This document shows positions 53,673 to 64,000 of a DNA stretch of 64,000 nt, one piece after another. Position 1 is the first letter of the stretch; the number at the start of each line of letters is the position of its first letter. The notes beneath the pieces are model-generated. The model did not search any database. It had not been told where the DNA came from and saw only the letters and a program-made list of their open reading frames with translations. The DNA is from Naegleria gruberi. Taxonomy: Eukaryota. Made by a program: the position numbers and the translations under genes. Location of the stretch: the NCBI GenBank assembly GCA_000004985.1, contig GG738867.1. The stretch is one strand, 5' to 3'.

Positions 53673-55082
53673 ATGGAAAAACGTAAACGAGCCAATGAAG
53701 ATCCAATGATAGCTAATGATGATGAAGAAACAACACTTAGAGTAAATGACCAACTTTGTCCCCATCAATTAGCCTATGAAGAGTTGGAAACCTATAGAAT
53801 GACTAAATTGGTTCAATTCAACAAGGAGAAGGAAGATCATCTCACAAGAAAGAAAGAGTTGGAGATTTTAGCTGATTTTTTAAAGCCTTCCACTGATAAA
53901 GAAGTGGAAACTTTATCAGATCCAACATTGGAGGAAATTATAAACTCACAAGATGCAGAGAATTTAATTAAATTGAATGTTGGAGGGAAGATCTTTACTA
54001 CCACACGTTCCACAATTATGAAGAGAGATAACATGTTAAAAGTAATGTTAAATTCAGAGTTTAAAATTGATACAGATGATAATGGTAATATATTGTTTGC
54101 TGATCGAAACCCTGATTACTTTCAGTTAATTTTAGAGCATTTGAGAACTGGTAAGTTTCTAATAATTTCCGAGATTACTAATTCTTTTAAAGGTTCCACA
54201 ACACATATTGGTATTTGGGAGGGAAACAAATATTTGACTAAACTGAGACATCTTTTAGATGAATCTGAGTTTTTTGGTACAGCAAAATTGAGTGATTCTA
54301 TTCGTATCATGATTGGCGAAAAGACTGAGGATAGTCAAGAAGAGAAAACAGAAGATTCCACTATGGTTGATAGTGGTGTAGTTGATATTCCTCCAAACAA
54401 CAAAATGTTTGATGATCAAGAAAAGCAAGATGAAGATTGGATACAAGAATTCTCCAAGCTTACTATTCAACAAAAGCAAAATTTAGATAATTACTTTATT
54501 GAAACTGAAAAACAATTACAAAAGGAGAAGGAAGAAATTATTGAGAAGGAAAAGGCTCTGAAAATGTTTGATGTGACATTTAATGTTAGAGGAGTTCTAT
54601 TCAAAGTCAATATTGAAAAGATTTTGAAACATAGCAATTCTCTCTTTATTCCAATGGTAAAAAAGATTGCATTATCTGGTGAGAAGGTCATCTTTATAGA
54701 TAGAGATCCAACTGTATTCTCAGTATTTTTCCATTATATTGAAACTGGAAATGCAAACATTCCACCTGAAGATTTTAAAAAGAAACAATTGTATAAGGAA
54801 GCTAAATTATTCAAATTGGATTCGTTTTTAGAATATTTTAATCCAATCCGTTTTCCTATGGAGTTGTATGGTAAAGAGAATTTAGAAATTAAGAAAGAGG
54901 AGGATATTTTGAGAGGAATGTTTGCAACTGATAGAGAGAACCCTGTTTTAAATGATCCTTATTTATTGTTACTTAACGTTTTTGGAAAGGATGGTAATTT
55001 AAGAAATTCTTTCAAGATTAAGGAAGAAGTTCCAAAAGATATTGGTCTAATTTTTGACTTTGAAAATCCAGTAGGTTTTTAA
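53673..55082 (+). CDS. Double BTB/POZ (KCTD/T1-type) domain protein
   Basis: 469-aa ORF. First BTB: IKLNVGGKIFTTTRSTIMKRD.MLKVML...FADRNPDYFQLILEHLRTGK. Second BTB: VTFNVRGVLFKVNIEKILKHSNSLF...IFIDRDPTVFSVFFHYIETGN. These are classic tetramerisation-type BTB signatures. Confidence 0.65.
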   Translation: MEKRKRANEDPMIANDDEETTLRVNDQLCPHQLAYEELETYRMTKLVQFNKEKEDHLTRKKELEILADFLKPSTDKEVETLSDPTLEEIINSQDAENLIKLNVGGKIFTTTRSTIMKRDNMLKVMLNSEFKIDTDDNGNILFADRNPDYFQLILEHLRTGKFLIISEITNSFKGSTTHIGIWEGNKYLTKLRHLLDESEFFGTAKLSDSIRIMIGEKTEDSQEEKTEDSTMVDSGVVDIPPNNKMFDDQEKQDEDWIQEFSKLTIQQKQNLDNYFIETEKQLQKEKEEIIEKEKALKMFDVTFNVRGVLFKVNIEKILKHSNSLFIPMVKKIALSGEKVIFIDRDPTVFSVFFHYIETGNANIPPEDFKKKQLYKEAKLFKLDSFLEYFNPIRFPMELYGKENLEIKKEEDILRGMFATDRENPVLNDPYLLLLNVFGKDGNLRNSFKIKEEVPKDIGLIFDFENPVGF

Positions 55083-55115
55083 TTTTATATTCGATTGTGG
55101 TTAACTCTATAAAAG

Positions 55116-56986
55116 GTGGAGAAATCTGACTTGTGTACACCAAAAAATCGGCTTCAACCACCAAAAGTTCCAGAGTTATGTGAAACAAAGGAGGAATTTT
55201 ATACTCAATTTAATGCTTTTACTTATGGAATGTTTAGGAACATGGATTGGGCCAATGTATTCATTGCAGGTAGGTTTTTAAATTTATTCCAATGTGGTTA
55301 ACTGTTATTAGGTGGATCTGTGTTGGCAACTCTCTTGAAGGTTTCACATTATCTAGCTGGATCTGTAACTAAAAAGAATGATTCTAAACAGAAAATCATT
55401 TCTTGGGATATTGATGATGGAGATCAAATTTTGGAAAAAGAGGAAGATGTGGTGATGAACAGCGATAATGAATATTTTTCTGACACAGATAGTGATGCTA
55501 GTACCATTGAATATGATGGTTATCAGCCTTACTATTCTCAAAGAGAAAAAAACTCTAAGAAAACATCTTTGGTTGATGAAAGATTAGCCAAATATTTTAC
55601 AGGGGCATCTATGTGGAAAGATTCTGATATTGATATATTCTTGTATGATCTTACACCAGAACAAGCAGAACAAAAAATTGAATATCTCTATAACCTCTTC
55701 AAGAAAAACCTGAAAGATCTTTCTCCAAACAAATATTGTGATATCAAATCAGTGTCCATTGAGGAAAAAGGAAGTTATAGAGCATGGCGTCCTACCAGAG
55801 AATATTTGGAAAGTGGTCCAGTTCATAAATATGATGATCCTGAAGATATTATGATCATTAGAACAGAACATGCAATAACCTTTCGTATGAATCATCCAAT
55901 TCGTTCTATTCAAATCATTTTGCGTTTATACAAAAGCCCTGCTGAGATACTTATAGGATTTGATTTGGCATCTTGTTCTATTGGCTTTGATGGTCATGAA
56001 GTTTATTGCTTGCCAAGAACTAGAAAGGCCTTATTGACTCGGTGTAATCTAGTCGATCCAGATAGACAATCATTGTCCTACGAAACAAGATTAGTCAAGT
56101 ATGCTCTGAGAGGTAAGTAATGAAATTAAGAAATTAATGCTATTTCATGTAGGATTTCGTATTGGTGTCGCAGGCTATAATCCCAGTAAAATAGCTAGAC
56201 ACTCACTTGTTAGTAGTGTATTTTCTTTCCCCAGAAGTAATATTAAATCTGTCAGTGGTTTAGCCAGAATTCTATTAATTAGATCTGCTTATAAATACTG
56301 TGATGACCACACTAGAATTTTCACAAGAATTAGAGGAACAGGAAGTGATTTGAAAAAGACTGAGAAAGAAATTTCAAATCCACCAAGAGATCATGATTAT
56401 GCACAAGTTGATTTCTCTTCACAATTTTTTGGATTACATATCTTTAACAGAAAAATTGAAAAAAAGATTAATTATTTACAAGAGCAGAAAATATTGAAAA
56501 AGAAACCATTTTTTGAATTTGCTTTGAATGATATCCAGAAAATTATCAAACCAACACCAGACCAACAAATCTCATCTCTTCCATCACGTATTGAATGGAT
56601 AACAATTGAACCAGGAAGGCAATCTATCGGATCATTCCATCCCTCTGACAAGTAAGTTTCCAATACATTTCCCTTGATATTAACACTAACTCAGAAACTT
56701 CTTAGAAGATGCATACACAGATATTTCCTCACCTCTAACGAAAAAGAAGATTAAAATCAATTGGTATTGGTATACGAATGGAATGAAGCAACAACTATTC
56801 GATAAAGAAATGATCATTGAAATTGAAAAACAATACAGAAATCGGTCAACCCTTTCTGGAAAAGAATGTGAAATTGGCTTTTTCAAATTCAATTTTAATA
56901 ACATGAGTGTGGAACACAATGGACAATGGTATGATATTGACAGAGTTAAACAACCATACAATTACAAATATTTTACCAAGAAATAG
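55116..56986 (+). CDS. WWE-domain protein with unrecognised N-terminal globular domain, 4 exons
   Basis: Exons are 55116..55269, 55312..56112, 56153..56651 and 56695..56986, with GTAGGT/GTAAGT donors and introns of 42, 40 and 43 nt; phases agree with track ORFs 55320, 56137 and 56783. The C-terminal exon encodes KINWYWYTNGMKQQLFDKEMIIEIEKQYRNRSTLSGKECEIGFFKFNFNNMSVEHNGQWYDIDRV, which fits the W.W......W..Y.....IE.ay......Y.i.F..m.Q.N...G..R.v.R pattern of WWE. Confidence 0.5.
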
Positions 56987-57106
56987 TCCACCCTGTTAAC
57001 AAATTGTCCTCGTAAAATTCTGATCAGGTTGAACTCCAATATATTATTCCACACCAATCATCAATAAATCATCAAAATTAATATCATTGGATCACTTACA
57101 AAAAAA

Positions 57107-58414
57107 ATGGCTCAAAACATCAGTGACGAAGATTTTATCGAGAGAACAAGATCTAATATCGGAAAGAGAGGATTCTTTTATTTTATCCCAACCATTTCCA
57201 TTCTCCTCTACATGATCATTCCAATTGTTGCCTTGAGTAGTTTTGTTGGATTTTTAGCAGTTAATTTTAAAACAGAAAAAGAAAGAATTGATTATTTGCA
57301 ACATTTTGGTAATAGTGCATATAATTTAACTAGTTCCTACTCTGGAAAGGTGATCAATATGGTAAATTCTGACAAGTTGTCTGCTGAACAAAGTGTTGAA
57401 ATGGTTCATGCTAAATTACGTTCATTCTTTACTTTTACTGAATTGAATTATGCCATTATTGTAACATCAATGATTGGATTGGTTATTTATATGAGAGTTG
57501 TTGTAATGACAAAGCTTATTGTTTTTACATGGTTGAGAAGATTGATTTTTGGAGCTATTCCTGATGATTTCATGTTGGTTGACTTTTGTAAGTTTTAAAA
57601 TTTGTTTCTAATTCTTAAAATTGAAAAGTGACTTTGAAAAAGGAAAGAACCATTGAAAATATCAAAGGTTTAATTGATCAATTATTTGAAATTACCAAAC
57701 TTAACATTCAAGATATTGATACCATTATTGTTGATACCACAAATAAGGATAAGGTAATTGATGACTTGATGGTTCATTTGGATGAAAGTAAGAAGAATAT
57801 CAAAATGGTTTCACTTTGTGGAATGAATATTTCCTCATTCAATTTAGTTAAGGATACTCTTCCAAAGAAGTCAAGAGCTTTGATTGTTACAAATAATGGA
57901 AATAAGGATACAACTGTTGTTGTGGTTTCTAATAATCCAAAAGATGTTAAAATCTCCAAGTACATTCTAGGTAAGTGAATGTTTTGAATTCTAGTGTTTA
58001 ATTCTCTTTCTTCAGTTAAATCTGAAACAGTTGTTGCCAGTGAAAATTCAGAATCTGATATTGCTTCAGCATGGAATAATTCTAAATGTGCTCATCTTTG
58101 TTTGGGTATTACTGAAGAAAAGTTGAATACTGTAAAGAAAGGTATGTGAAATTTACTTAGTATTAATTTCAAATGAATCTTTTAAAGAACTTGAAGAATC
58201 AACCTTGGAACCAACTTTGAAATCTTTCCATCACTTTGGAGCAAACACTACTTCCTTTAATGGTAAGTTATTTTTTACAATAATCACATTTACTCTTTAA
58301 TAACCAGCATTGGAATTTATTGAAAATAAGCGTAAAGGAAAGAGGAATGATTTGATTCTACAAATGAATTGTGGAACCAATTCAATTACTAAAATTGTTT
58401 GGAAAGTTATATAA
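57107..58414 (+). CDS. Hypothetical membrane protein, 5 exons
   Basis: Exons are 57107..57587, 57629..57970, 58016..58141, 58188..58262 and 58308..58414. All four introns (41-46 nt) have GTAAGT/GTATGT donors and AG acceptors and restore one continuous frame. The N-terminal half has 3-4 hydrophobic segments. No family recognised. Confidence 0.5.
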
Positions 58415-58454
58415 AAATTTCATTATTATTATTCTACACACAAAATTATTGGGA

Positions 58455-59027
58455 TTATTCAGATGAGGATCTTTCTTGGTTAATCTTAACCTTAACTGGA
58501 TTTTCAGTGAGAAGTTGTTGTTCAATTTGTAACAGCAGTTTTTGTGCTTGTTCAGCATCGAGTGCTTGTTGTTTCAATCCACTAGCAACGACGTTCTTAA
58601 CAATCATATTGTCATAAACGAATGATTTGTTCTTACTAATCTTTTGTCCATTATGCATAATTTGAATAATATCACCAACATCGGTTTCATTAGTTTCATC
58701 ATGATAGCTATTTTCCAATAAATAAAACAAATTCCAAACAATTCCGTATTAAATTAATTGATATAAAGATACCACACAAAATAATTCAACAACATTAAAA
58801 CATTCCATAAAAAACAAAATGTTGAACAACAAAATTAATTTCCGCGTTTCAAACATTTTCTCTACTTACAATATCTTTTTATGTTTACGGATCATAACAC
58901 CATATTTTGTATTCCAGTGATATCTAGGGACCAACAAGACACCAGTCTTTTCCATCTTCTTTGAAGCGACGGTACCGACAAGTCTTGTACTACTACTAAT
59001 GTTGGCGAGGTTTATTAAGTGACGCAT
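58455..59027 (-). CDS. Hypothetical small protein (137 aa), 2 exons
   Basis: Exon 1 58870..59027 (MRHLINLANISSSTRLVGTVASKKMEKTGVLLVPRYHWNTKYGVMIRKHKKI, GTAAGT donor). The intron is 156 nt. Exon 2 58455..58707 (FYHDETNETDVGDIIQIMHNGQKISKNKSFVYDNMIVKNVVASGLKQQALDAEQAQKLLLQIEQQLLTE...). Confidence 0.4.
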
Positions 59028-59292
59028 TTTTTCCAATCAATTTTTGAGGTTTTTTTATTTTTAAAAATTTTATTTAAATTTATTGGCCAATAAATTAAAC
59101 CTACGAAAGAAAGGGATGAATTTTCATAATGAATATTATTGGCAAGTTGGTATTTTGGACAAGTGGAATGGATTTACCATGTGTTGAAGGTCAACACACT
59201 TGAGGACATCTTTGGTAAATTTTTTCATTTCGTCTAAATTAGTCCTTCTGATTAAAATAGTTTCGAACAAATATCAAAAAAACATCTCAACA

Positions 59293-59976
59293 ATGAGCAG
59301 CCACATCTTGCCATCGAAAACCTCTGATCTCTCATCTAGCCACTATATTGATGGTAAATATAGTGACATCTATGAGAAGAGAAGACAAATAGAAAATATT
59401 CGATTCGATCCAAATATTCCGAATGAACAAAAGGTTGAAATATTAAAAGTTGAATTTGAAAATCTAAATAGATTGGAACATGATCTTTTACTCCTACAAA
59501 AAGAATCATACAATACTTTGGAAGAAGAACTAGATTTAGATTCAATTAAACTTGTCATTGGCTTTCCAAAATATATTCAACATGATTTGACAAGTAATAA
59601 TAATATTTCAACTTCAAACACTGTTATAAGGGATGATTCATCTATTTCAAGTAGTGGTACTGGTAGTAGTGGTATTAACACTGTTGGTGGACTTAATCCA
59701 TTTGTTGATGTTATTGTTGGAAGAGGAAGATCTAGAACACTCGATCATAATCCATTTACAAAAGCTACATCACTTGGAGCAATGTCACAAAAGGATACTT
59801 TCAGATATCATGAAAATAAGTATGAAGCAAAGAAATTGAAAGATGAAATTCGTGAATTGAGAGCTGAATTACTTTTATTAAAGAGAAAAAAGAAAATGTC
59901 AGATTTGGAAGAAGAAAGAACAATTGAATTAGAAGATCAAATTAAAGATAAGGAAAGTTCAATCTTAAAGGTTTAA
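59293..59976 (+). CDS. Hypothetical coiled-coil protein
   Basis: ATG at 59293 (MSSHILPSKTSDLSS...). The C-terminus is heptad-rich (KLKDEIRELRAELLLLKRKKKMSDLEEERTIELEDQIKDKESSILKV). The track ORF starts earlier at an alternative codon. Confidence 0.4.
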   Translation: MSSHILPSKTSDLSSSHYIDGKYSDIYEKRRQIENIRFDPNIPNEQKVEILKVEFENLNRLEHDLLLLQKESYNTLEEELDLDSIKLVIGFPKYIQHDLTSNNNISTSNTVIRDDSSISSSGTGSSGINTVGGLNPFVDVIVGRGRSRTLDHNPFTKATSLGAMSQKDTFRYHENKYEAKKLKDEIRELRAELLLLKRKKKMSDLEEERTIELEDQIKDKESSILKV

Positions 59977-60020
59977 TTAGATTTGATAAATTTGAAATTG
60001 TACATAAAATTTAATTTACA

Positions 60021-61705
60021 TTAGTTTTGATTAATGCCATCTAAATACTTTCTAAGGTCGTCGAACTGCTTATGAAGTTCATCTATTGAGATAGGTTTAG
60101 ATTCAGAAAGACGTTTAGGAGCTCTATTTAAGCTGTTTAACAATGTACCAACAACTTCTTCATCATCAAAGCCATCACTTTCTTGAAGCATTGTCATATC
60201 ATCAACTGAACCAATGAAAGGGAAATCATCATCAATTATACTTTCTTGATGGTCTTCATCTTCATCATCACTGGAATCCAGTCCTTCCAATAAATTTGGC
60301 ATAAAATCAATAACTTTATGCTTATCCAATGAACGAGGCATATCTTGGAATCCATTTCCAGTGAATAGGGAAGGAATAGTATCAATTCTTTCAAAGTTAT
60401 TCAAAGATCCAGGTGATTGTTTCAATGATTCTGATAACATAGATGGTGGATGATATGATCCCATTGGAGAAAATTTAATTTCTCCAAAGCTTCCAAATGG
60501 TGGAGAAACTGAAGATTGATAAGCAAGATTCAAATTTGCACCACTATTTTGTCTAGGAATAGAAGTTCCGGTAGCAGGTGATGCTCCCAACATTGGATTT
60601 GAGAAAGGAGGTGTTTCAGTTGGAAGGAATTTTGGTTTTTGTCTTTCAAAAGTGAGTGGAATATTCATTGGTTTACTCAATGAGCTACTTGTTGCAGTGT
60701 TAATAGTTGGTCCATCAATATCCTCTGGATTTTGAATAATTGGAGTATTCTTTTTTGGTGGCATACTCATTGTTCTCTTTCTATCAAATTCCAAAGGTGG
60801 AACCTTCTCCTTTAAAGAGGAAGGTTCAGTTTTCTGATCGTTGAAATTAACATGCATATGCGCAATAGATTGAGTTCTCTTTCTTTTATCTTCTTGATCA
60901 CGAGTATCAGAGAAGTAATCCTTATCTATTTGACTTTCTGTAAGGACTGAATGTTCATTTGTTGTCAATAACTCGGAAAGCTTTTGTTTTCTATATTTTA
61001 CACTAATTTTCATTTTACAAAGGGATGTGGCTTCTATTGATGAAAAATCAACAGTTCTCAAATATGCTAAATAGTTAAGGTAAGAATTTCAAAACTTTCA
61101 AAACTTACTTGTCTCATTTGGAGAGGTTTCAGTTGGGGAAATAGTAAAATTAAGGGTATAACCCAATCCAGTTCTATGTTTTTGTAATTTTTGAAATACA
61201 GAGTATGATGGTAATAATAAAATGTATGAGAAGAGGGATCTTATTAAAACAATAGATTTCCTATATGCAGAACGGAGATGATAATTTAAATCTTCTTGTT
61301 GTTTGTCTGAAAGAGGACTTTCCTTTGATTTATCAGTTACTTCAATACACCATCTTTCCAATAAATGTTTTTTAGAAGATCCAGTCTCTTCCGCATAAAT
61401 ATCAATATAAATGTTTTTTGGTTGATTTGGATTAGAATTATTATTATTTGTATTTCCTGAAAAACTCTTGAAAAGTCTCTCCAATAACGAATTTACACCT
61501 TCTGTTTCTTGAAGTTTAATTTGAAACTGTTGTTGCATTAGAAGAAGAATTAATTATTTGGAAAACGTACCCATGATGCTTTGTCCTTCTCGTATTTCAC
61601 TACAGGGAAGTTAATACGATTATTCAAAATAAGATTTACAGATTTATATACAAATTCCTTCCAAAGGTGTTCAAATGAAACTTTGTTTGAAGTGGCGGAA
61701 GACAT
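60021..61705 (-). CDS. atg13: ATG13 (autophagy-related protein 13, HORMA domain) homolog, 3 exons
   Basis: Exons are 61571..61705 (MSSATSNKVSFEHLWKEFVYKSVNLILNNRINFPVVKYEKDKASW, donor GTACGT), 61109..61526 and 60021..61066, with introns of 44 and 42 nt. EHLWKEFVYKSVNLILNNR aligns with human [33 protein letters not shown] with DWFNLAIKDIPEV, LLERWCIEVTDKSK with ELEIWCLEMNEKCD, and IVLIRSLFSYILLLPSYSVFQKL with [23 protein letters not shown]. A long Ser/Pro-rich disordered C-terminus follows. Confidence 0.75.
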
Positions 61706-61975
61706 GCTAAATTTTAAAATTGGTTAATTACTACTCGCTCGGGTTATGATCATATAAGATCACTTTACAACTATTGTACAAGAAATTATTGTTGTTATTC
61801 ACTGAACACAATGCAAATTACAACAACAAAAAAGAATCCACGTAACGTGATGAAGGTGGAAATGAATGTATGAAATTTTTTTTAAAGTTAAAAATAAATT
61901 GAAGAGAAGGAATAACAAGTAAGGTTTACAACCTCAATATCAGCACAATATACGGACACTTGACAACATATTTAT

Positions 61976-64000
61976 TTAATTGTATTGATACTTTGATTCA
62001 ACTCTTCTTTCAAAAAATTTGATAACTTCTTCAATTAACCAAACACTAGAAGAAACAAGAGTAACATAAAGTAACTCAGATAAACTCAAAGGTTCTGTTT
62101 CAAAAATACCTCTCATTACTGGAACATATAACATGGATAATTGACCTAACAAACAGCCTCCAACAGAAAGGGCAAGTGGAATATTTGTCAACCAACCAAC
62201 TTGGAAAACTGATTTCTTTTCAGATCTACAATTGAATGCATTGAAAATTTGGAAGAAAACAAAAGTAGTAAATGTAATTGATGTTGTGTGTGCTGTGACA
62301 ACTCCATCATGTGCCATTTCACGAATAAAAACGTATAATGTACCAATAACCATAATAAGGGCAGAAAGGGCAACAGACATGACAATCTTACCAGAGGTAA
62401 TTGGCTTTTTAGTATCTCTAGGTGGTTGATTCATTACATCTTCATCAACTGGTTCAACACCAAGTGATTGAGCTGGTGGACCATCCATGATAATATTAAT
62501 AAATAAAATTTGCATTGGATTCAATGGTAAAGGATAACCCATAAATGTGCAGAAAATAATGATAAACATGCAACTAACTGAGGTGGTAAGTTGATATCTC
62601 AAGAAGCTCTTAATATTTCTGAAAATACCCTTGCCTTCTTCAATTGCAGAAAGAATAGTTGGGAAGTTATCATCTGCTAAAATCATTTCTGAAGCTTCCT
62701 TACTGACATCTGTACCAGATTTACCCATAGCAATACCAATGTTAGCCATTTTGAGAGCTGGAGCATCATTAATACCATCTCCAGTCATGGCAACAACGTA
62801 TTCAGCCTTTTGGTAAGCGCTGACAATCTTCATCTTGTGAACAGGAGCCATTCTATAGAAAACTCTTGCCTTATAAATCTTATCCTCAAAGTCTGAAGTA
62901 GATAAATCTTCAACAGACAAAGCATATTCCTTTTCATCACCATCTTCAGGAACAATATTAAGCTCCTTAGCAATGGCAACAGCTGTTTTCATAGAGTCAC
63001 CAGTAATCATGACAACTTTAACACCACCCTTATATAATGCAGAGACAGCTTCCTTAACACCTGGTCTTGGAGGGTCATAAATACCAACAACACCAACAAA
63101 TGTAAGTTCAGAACTTGGTTTGTCACCAACACACAAAGCCATAACTCTGAGAGCACTTTCAGCAAAGAGTGAAGATGTATTTTCAATTTCTCTTCTCAAT
63201 TGATCGTTCAGTGGTTTCTTTTGATTTTCTGTTCCGATACAATAATGAGTACAATTTCCTAAAATGTTTTCAATAGCACCCTTAACATAGTACATTTCCT
63301 TTCCTGTTTCAATATTCTTACTCTTGACAGCCATCCACTTATGTTCAGAACTGAAAGGTATTTCTTCAACTCTCTTATGTTTAGATCTAATATCAGCAAC
63401 ATCCAATCCACCTTTTTGAGCAGCAGTGATGAGAGCAGCTTCAGTTGGTTGACCAACAATCTTGGAAGTAGCAAAATCAACTGAGGCGTTATTACAAACA
63501 ACACCAACTTTAAGTAAGGTATGAAGATGAGAAACTTCAGTTGGTTTGATAGCTTCTCCCAAATTATGATCATATCTATTCTTAAGAGAAGAAATAGAGG
63601 CCTTATGGAAAGAACCTTCGTATGCTTGATAACCAAGACCAGTAACATTAATCACAGCATCTTGTTCAGCAAGAGTGAAAGCCTTGACCAAGGTCATTTC
63701 ATTCTTTGTTAAGGTACCAGTTTTGTCGACACAAACAACATTACAAGCACCCAAAGATTCAACCGATGGTAATTTTCTAACAATAGCCTTCTTTTTAGAC
63801 ATTCTAATAACACCCATAGCAAGAGTGACAGTAACTACAATAGGTAAACCTTCTGGAATAGCAGCTACAGCCAAACTAATACCCATTTGGAACATTTCCA
63901 ACCATGGCTTACCAGTTAAACCACCAATTAAGAATATAACTCCAATAACTCCAAAAGATAAGTAGGAAATCTTTTGAGATAAATCATCCATAGCATCTTG
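61976..64000 (-). CDS. Secretory-pathway Ca2+/Mn2+ P-type ATPase (PMR1/SPCA-type), C-terminal ~675 codons; 5' end beyond window
   Basis: The minus-strand ORF stays open to the window edge. [55 protein letters not shown] is nearly identical in pattern to SPCA1 [55 protein letters not shown]. The hinge [24 protein letters not shown] is present. The short C-terminus lacks a calmodulin-binding tail. Confidence 0.8.
   Translation of the reverse strand, partial: [674 protein letters not shown]

Noticed and set aside
45087-61705. Apparent clustering of membrane-trafficking and autophagy genes (EI24, CCZ1, ATG13, RAB3GAP2-like, SPCA Ca-ATPase, nicalin)
   Set aside because: These genes sit on both strands, interspersed with unrelated genes (Dim1, HINT, KCTD, FG-GAP protein), and eukaryotes do not organise pathways in operons. 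This is most likely coincidence in a gene-dense region.
1-64000. tRNA genes, CRISPR arrays, prokaryotic operon features
   Set aside because: The window is eukaryotic nuclear DNA. A scan for T-loop-like GGTTCGA/GTTCRANYC motifs found only matches inside coding exons, and no tRNA cloverleaf could be built.

Overview
The window is nuclear DNA from an AT-rich social-amoeba-like (dictyostelid-type) eukaryote. The evidence is roughly 75-80 percent AT, abundant (aat)n and (caa)n tracts encoding poly-Asn and poly-Gln, GTAAGT/GTATGT...AG introns, and A-rich start contexts. It is gene-dense, with about 40 protein-coding genes on both strands. Most have zero to four very short introns, typically 39-94 nt. 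Products recognised by hand translation and domain motifs: a mitochondrial carrier (partial), DAD1/OST2, a PX-domain protein, an AIMP1/Arc1p-like tRNA-binding protein, two DH-type RhoGEFs (one with SH3), an LRRC45-like LRR-coiled-coil protein, a mitochondrial type-I DnaJ, an RRP15-like protein, a RING-finger protein, nicalin, snRNP SmE, a P-loop GTPase, exosome RRP41, a RAB3GAP2-like protein, an RCC1-repeat protein, Dim1/TXNL4A, EI24, an FG-GAP (DEX1/ITFG-like) protein, CCZ1, HINT, a double-BTB KCTD-like protein, a WWE-domain protein, ATG13 (HORMA) and a PMR1/SPCA-type Ca-ATPase (partial). Two identical 5S rRNA genes lie in tandem about 1.1 kb apart, each preceded by the same ~40-bp element. 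There are three assembly gaps (N runs). Exon boundaries were derived by hand and may be off by 1-2 nt. The ORF track uses TTG/GTG as starts, so several track starts are not the real ATG. Several anomalies are reported as findings: an in-frame TAA splitting the RAB3GAP2-like ORF, a frameshift inside a microsatellite, 20- and 29-nt candidate introns, E2F-like promoter motifs, and a non-AT-rich island.
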